Source: the human T2T-CHM13v2.0 reference genome, Homo sapiens. From it: a stretch of 64,000 nt of DNA. The first letter of the stretch is position 1; each line of letters opens with the position of its first letter. Of this stretch, positions 54,393-64,000 are shown one piece after another. The notes beneath the pieces are model-generated. The model had not been told where the DNA came from. It did no database searches and worked only from the letters and a program-made list of their open reading frames with translations. The stretch lies in NCBI RefSeq assembly GCF_009914755.1, contig NC_060934.1. One strand, 5' to 3'. The position numbers and the translations under genes were made by a program.

Positions 54393-55272
54393 TGATTTCT
54401 GACCTATGTATGTTAACATTACCAGTTCCTTGGCTCCTCACTTTTTATTTGGATTGTCACTCTAGTTGCTTAATTTCCTCATTTCTATTTTTACTCTTTC
54501 TCCAGTTTATCTTGCTGTCTAGTACCCTTCTAATATTTCTAATGTACTGCTTTTATAACTTTTTTCTGTTCTTAAATTAACAATTGCTTCTGTTTACCTT
54601 TCATTTCCAGTTCAGATCTGTCCTCTATAGTCTGTTCTCACTTAACCTCCCCATCATGCATTCTCTTTTTCATCTAGACCCTGTGGTACCTTAGGAGAAA
54701 AATACTTTTCTTCCATTGTTTCTTTATTCTGTTCTTGTGGTTTAGATTGCCTTTGCTTCTTTCTTACATGTTTTAAGTCCTGCTACTCTTTAAAGGGTCC
54801 TCACAAAACCTACCTTTCTGTGAAGTAAACACAGTCATCGTTGATTTGTCAACTTTCTGTAGTATGTAAGAAGCCTTTGATTACAAGCAGTAGAAACCAA
54901 TGTGAGCTAGCTTATGTTGAAAGGGGGGATTATTTTAAGGATACAGGATTTCCTGGAATTCAAGAGTAGGAATATATAGGCAGACCTCATAAAGGCTTGT
55001 GGTGGTGACATTGCCCTCTTGGTTTCAGTCAGGGTTCTTAGGAGAGCTGATGATTTTTCTCCTATTGATTTGGTTTTCTGGTTTGTTTTTTGCTATACCA
55101 TGCTGTCATTTCTTTTAAAAAAATTAAACTATTGTCAGTAGTTTGGAGGATATCCTTCTGCAGATCTGTGCTTATACGCACATATGCTTATAAGATCTTT
55201 CCTCTTAGCATGAAAACAAGGATCATTTCTCCTAATTTAAAAATGTATTCTGTGCCTCAGTCTGCAGCTTCC

Positions 55273-55711
<439 letters not shown>

Positions 55712-56116
55712 TGATACTGATATATCCATATTTATATGTTATGCTTTTTTGGTTGAGGGGGAGGATATTCTTAAAAGTGAGGTTTTTGTGAGTAAACAAA
55801 ATTGAGTATTTTCAAGGAAAATATAAATTACCAAAGTGACTCAAGCAGTAGAAAATCTAAAGAGCCCAGAAATCATAGAAGAACTTGCAAAGGTTGTAAG
55901 GTCTAAAAATCTGAAGTGTTACTAGGTCCATATGGTGTTCTTGGTGCAGTCTGTATAATTTTAAGGAAAGAACAAAAATTAAACTGTTGTCAGTAGTTTG
56001 GTTAGTGAACTATTTCAGAGCAGATGAAATAGTGGTAAGTACTCCAATCCATTTTACAAATCCTCTGTAATACCACTACCAAAACTGTTACAGATAGCAA
56101 AAAAAAAAAATTCTAA

Positions 56117-56708
<592 letters not shown>

Positions 56709-59456
56709 CTATTCTGGTTGTATTAATTCCCATTACTTTTTAGGTAGCCTCATTCCTCACAAATTAATTGTTAAATAAACCGACTAAAAACACTTCTCTT
56801 ATAGCATGAATTTATATAGCATGAATGAAATTCAGTAACATAATTCATCATTCTCTTGAGTGTTTACCATTAACTTTGACGCTTGTGTTAAAGTGTTCTC
56901 TGCAGTGGTATGACTGGGTACGTGTGTGTTGATATGGAGAACACAGAATTGAATGATACCTGTATTGTTTTGATCTCTTCTTCACCTTTAGTGTCAACAT
57001 TGATCTGTTTTATACTGGCAGCAAGTATATTATTTTGAGTTTAAGAAAAACTCAGTTGGTTTACCACAGAAATCACTTGCTTTGTTTGAGAATTTGCATC
57101 ATGCCACTTTTTCATAAAGTTTCATAAAATTGCAGTCTAGAGACAAAAAGATTGCTGTTCTCACAAAGTCCAAATGTAAGGTGTTTGCTTGTGCTATCAT
57201 AAGGTAGTATGCCAGTGTGGAGGCCATGGTGATCTAAGACAGCATTTTATGAAACACTGACCTAAGAGTAACCAGTGATCACTAGGAACATTTTTGTATG
57301 TGTATTCTTCTTGACTTTTAACTTTTGACGCATTTGTTTATCCATTTTCTATCCATCTATCAGTATTTGAACAAATTAAACTCTATATGTCTACTGTTTA
57401 TTTTTTTTTCACTTAAGGTATGTTAGATATCATTGTGTTAATAAATGTGAGTTTACAGTATTGGTTTTTAAATTGCATAATATTCCCTTACAATACTGTA
57501 ATTGATTTAATCATCATTTATTGGTGGACACTTATTTTTAATTTTGTGATTTTATAAACGATGGCACAAATAATATTTCTGATTATTAGCTTTAGGATGC
57601 ATTTCTAGAGGTGAATCAGAAGTTGTATGCCTTTTCTCCAGACTTTTTATGTATGTATTGCAAACTGTTCTTTATAAAGGTCATGCCAGCTTTTATCTCC
57701 ATCATTAGTATATTACTGTGCCTTTTTTTCCTCACTGACCAACACTAGGTATTAGAAATATGTAACATCTTTTGCAATCTGATTAGCAGAAGTTTTCTTG
57801 TTTTTATTTGTTTTGAATTCTAGTGAAGTTGGGCATGTTTTCACTTATATTCCTCTGTGACTTTCTTCTTTGGGTGTTTTGCCTAGTTTGTAACTTGTTT
57901 TTATTTTTATTATGAAATGTGTTTATGGACAAAATGCACACTATGTATGTGGTTTAAAGATAAAACAAATATCTGCATACCAACTATTTAAGAAACAGAA
58001 GCTCCTTTCCTCTACCCTCATTGTGTTCTCTCTGGTCATATCCTCCTCTCTGCTCCTAACAAATATGAAACTACCATTCTGACTTTTGGTATTTTGGTGA
58101 CTATAAACACCAAATTGTTTAGTTTTGAAAATTTGGTAGCAAGCCTAAATCTGGCTATACAGTGAAAAGGTAACAGTGCCACTAGTAGATGAAGGCTCCC
58201 AGGAGAAGTTAAGGTAACAGCATACCTGGATCATAGTCTGGTTTTAGCTTCTCTGGAGTTTATCAGAGCCACTTTTGGGGAAGTCTAGGTAAATCATGAG
58301 TGAATCCTAGCAACCTTAGGGCCCACTGTAAGCAGAGAATCTGGCAGGCTCAGAGTATAGACCAGATAGTGGATGTCTGAGAGAGGCTACTCTGTAATTT
58401 TGGTTTCTAAGCTCACCATGCAGTTGATCTGGATATAAAGGTATGGAGGGAAAAGCAGGAACATCATGAGTTTATGTCAATACAAGCCAAATACAGATGA
58501 GAATCTGGGCCAGGCTTACCTGGGGATTCTGTCCAATGGTTGAAAAGACGGTACAGTGTCAGTGACGTTTTTGGTGATGGAAGTCCTCAGTGTGTCTTTT
58601 GATGTCAAAGATGTCTTGTCTTTGGACTGACAGGAGCATGTGATCTGTGGTCCAACTGTTTGTTATCCTGGTATTTCCCTTTACTGTCATCTTGGGGATA
58701 TTATTTACTTCTCTCTCCTCCATTTGATCTCCCAATGCATATTATGTCATGTCTTTCTCTCTCTCTGTTTATTCTTTCATTTTGCTGGAGTATATCTTAT
58801 AGTAACAACTTGGGGAAGGATGTCTGGCAGGTAAATTTTGAGATTTTGCATGTCTTCATTTTACCCTTATACCTAGACCCTTGGCAAAATGTAGAATTCT
58901 CGGTTGAAAGCTTTATGCCAGAATTCGAAGGTATTGCCCCTTTGTCTTTGTCCATCTGTTACTGTTGCTGAGAAATCTAAAGTCATTTGATTTCTAATCC
59001 TTTGTTTTCTGACCTTTTTTGTTTCTATTTAGAAACTGGATTTTGTCTCTACTGTTAGGAATCTTTGCAATGATATGCCTGCGTACCTTACACTGAGCAC
59101 TTGGTGGACATTATCATCCTGGAAACTGATTTCCTACAGCTCAGTACTTTAAAAAGTTATTTTATTGATGATTTCCTTCCCCTTTGTACTCTCTTCCTGC
59201 CCTCCTGTTAGTCAAATGTTAGACCTCCTAGATTGCTCTTCTTTCTTACCTTGTTTCTCCTATTTTTCATCTCTATGTTTTGTTTTTTTCTGAGAGGTTA
59301 TTTCACCTTTACCTTATAGCCCTTCTGTTGCCCCTTTTTGGTTATGTTTTCTTATTTCTTAGAGTTCTTTTTGTTCTTTTGATGTTCCCTTTTTGTGGCA
59401 TCCTGTTCTTATTTCTTATATCCCTAGAAATCAATGAGTTTTAAATGTTTTGTCTT

Positions 59457-59772
<316 letters not shown>

Positions 59773-59939
59773 TCAGTTTCTAACAAATTACTTTTTTTGA
59801 TTTAATTGGTCTGGATCTTGAACTAATATTAGAGGGTTTTCTCAGATGTCCAGTAATCCTTGGCTGTCTGCTTGTGTCTCAGAAGCTCATGGAAAGCCCT
59901 GTCTGAACCCACAGAAGGGCTTGTAACACAAGGTTTTGA

Positions 59940-60309
<370 letters not shown>

Positions 60310-61337
60310 TGATTTTTTTTTTCTTTTACCTCAATCTGTTACAGCTGATAATTTTAAAGCATAATAAAAATAAATTGCCAGAATAATGAAATTTTAAAAA
60401 TGAAGACATACAAAACATAAGTACATGTTTTTATTATTAGATTCAACAGATAAGTCTAACTCTGAAAAGTTTATAAATGTTTATTTTCGGTTTTGGTACT
60501 TACCTTGTCATGGACTGGTGATAGATGGCTTATGGGCCATCAGCAGACCATAGTTTAAGGAGCATTGCTGTCGCCTAGGAGCCAACTTAGAAGCAGAAAA
60601 AAAGGGGATATGAGGTGAGGGTTTGTGTCTCATGTATATGGTCGTTTAATCCTCTTGGTTTTGGCATAGTGCCTACTCTCTCCCCTGTGCCTGGTCTCCC
60701 CTAAAACAAAGATTCGTTTTACCCACTGTAGAGAGTAAGCCTCTAGACTTCTGTAGTGGGGAAACAACAGTAACCAATAGCATGATAGAGTGGGGAAGAG
60801 AATCTTAGCATCCAACTATAAGTCAACCAACTTTCTCCAAATTTCTTTCTGTTTTAGCTTCCCCCTTCCTCCTTCCTCCCACAAGCTGGCAGTTCTTAGG
60901 CCTCGTAAAGATTCAGAATGTAAAATGTGTTAGTTCCTAGCTTTCCCAGCTGTCTGCAAGGTCATTTATCTGTTTTTCAGTATCCAAAATTTTGTTGCTA
61001 TTGCTCCCTCTTCTGTTTTCCATTGTGAATTCTGCTGTAAGGGATTCTAAATATTTGATGTCACAGGTGTTCTTTTTCTCCATCCAGTCTTTTCTGCTTT
61101 TTTAACTATATTAATAACAATGTTTATATTCAATGTATATATTTTCCTCAAAGAGTACATATGTAGTATATTTTCTGAATCTTTGCATATCTAAAATTGT
61201 GCTTTTCCCTCACATATGGGAGCTTTTCTGGATGTGAAATTAATCTTGGGTTACCTCAGAACTCTATATAAATGTTACTCCATTGTCTTCTCGTGTTTAG
61301 AGTTGTGAATAAAATGTCTGATTAATATTGGTGTCTG

Positions 61338-61819
<482 letters not shown>

Positions 61820-61987
61820 TTAAAAATTCAGATCTTTTTGGAAAAAAAAAAAAACTTAGGTACAATTTTTTCTCATTTTCAAAATCATTATTCCTCCCGC
61901 ATCTACTTTGTTCTCTCTTTTATGACAGTCAGTATGCTCTTTTTTTCAATATGCTAGATCTTACTGAGGTTGCTAGTTATTACTTGA

Positions 61988-62358
<371 letters not shown>

Positions 62359-63335
62359 CTTACTGCAGTAACTTTCATTATGGTCACTGCTGGATGGGAG
62401 AACAGGGGAGAGGTTTCTCTGAGGGTTCAGATTATTTTCTCTTTTTAGAGCTGCTGCATCCAGTGATGTTTCTGCCTACTTATCTTTTTTGTTGGCATTG
62501 TTGGGTGGGATGAATTCCTAAAGAATACACCAAGATTTTCTCAGTGTTTTTGTTAGGAGAAGGGGAAGTTGAGAGTTAACCTCATTTATTTTTCTTACAG
62601 TGTAGAGATAATTCAGTTATGTAGCGAAAGGACAGGGCTCTTAAACAGAGGAAGATAGCCATGGGTGTAGGAAGATTCGTCTTTGTTCAGAAATAATGTC
62701 CTCTTTGCATCTCTCCTAACAGTTGGTGCTAGCAATCCCCTACTCTGTCTGGCCTCTGGATCTAGCTTGAAGTTCTGGATTCATTTCCTTCTTCCTTGTA
62801 CCTCAGCCTGAGCCTTCTGTCACCCAAAGGGCTCCAGCTGGTTTTTCACTCAGGCCTCACTTTATCTTCCAAGGTATGTTTAGGGGAAGTTGTAGGCAGA
62901 ATTATGTCTCTCACTTCCTTACTTGGGCATAATGGGCAGATCCTCATTAAATATTGATTGGATGAATGTTCCTAGTGAACTCCCTTTTTAAAAATGGTGT
63001 TTGGCAGTGGGTCGGCATTTGTTTTTACTCCCCTCTCACCAGACTGTTTGCTGTCAGACACCTTGCCATATGTATATGGAATGTTTTTCTAGTTCCTAGC
63101 CATTTTGTAGGAGTTTTTAAATTATATTTTTTGGTTGTTTCAATGGGCAGTTAGGAGAAGGAGGAAGTCAGATGTTTTCAGTTGCCATGTTCATATAGGA
63201 AACTACAGATTATTTTAATACTTTTACAAAATTGTATTATTTCAAGACTTATTGAGATGTTGGTCAAGTCTTATGCTGTAATAATACATATATAGAAGGC
63301 AGTAGTTTAAATAGCACATTTAAAACCAGTAATCT

Positions 63336-63633
<298 letters not shown>

Positions 63634-63866
63634 ACCAGCAATCTTTGTTGGTGGGTAGAGATTGGACTGTAGTAAAAAGAGCATTAGCTCATAGGTTGGA
63701 GGATTACAATTGTAATAAAATTTTTCTTTTTTTATGTTGAGACGTTCACAACATGCCAACATTTTTTGTCCATACGTGGCAACCTTAGTATAAATTGCTG
63801 TCAGATATCATGTTTGTGTATTAGTCAAGAGTTCTCCAGAGATGCAGAACCAGAAAGATACATACA

Positions 63867-64000
63867 CAGTCATACCTTGTTTAACGATGGGAATACGTTC
63901 TGAGAAATGAGTCATGAGGTTATTTTGTCATTGTGTGAACATCAGAGTGTACTTACACAAACCTAGATGGTAAACCTGTTACACACTTTGACTATATGGT
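63867..64000 (+). mobile_element. Tigger3 (MER7/Golem-type) DNA transposon, inserted in an MLT2-like LTR starting ~63817
   Basis: CAGTCAT...AACGATGGGAATACGTTCTGAGAAATG...GTGTACTTACACAAACCTAGATGG. Runs off the window. Confidence 0.8.

Overview
Primate (almost certainly human) genomic DNA with no protein-coding exon. Most of it is interspersed repeat: about 28 Alus, old and middle-aged L1s, MaLR/ERV LTRs, L2/MIR and DNA transposons. Two CpG islands about 40 kb apart (~1030-1690 and ~40880-42060) appear to drive divergent transcription. The right island is followed on + by several short non-coding exons and then a long intron. From memory this layout fits ZNF518A (5'UTR exons, coding exon beyond the window), with the lncRNA ENTPD1-AS1 starting from the left island on the - strand (10q24). 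That assignment is recalled, not verified. Main observation: the two CpG islands are ancient inverted paralogs of each other, with at least five colinear blocks (best 38/43 nt). Other notable items: a U6 snRNA/mRNA-3'UTR chimeric retrocopy with a 19-bp TSD; a MER41B-like LTR with intact tandem GAS (STAT) sites; two long near-perfect hairpins, one masking a consensus splice donor; an alternative 3' splice site that adds exactly one complete uORF; several orphan retro-inserts; and a very young AluYa4/5-type element. No CRISPR, tRNA or rRNA genes were seen.
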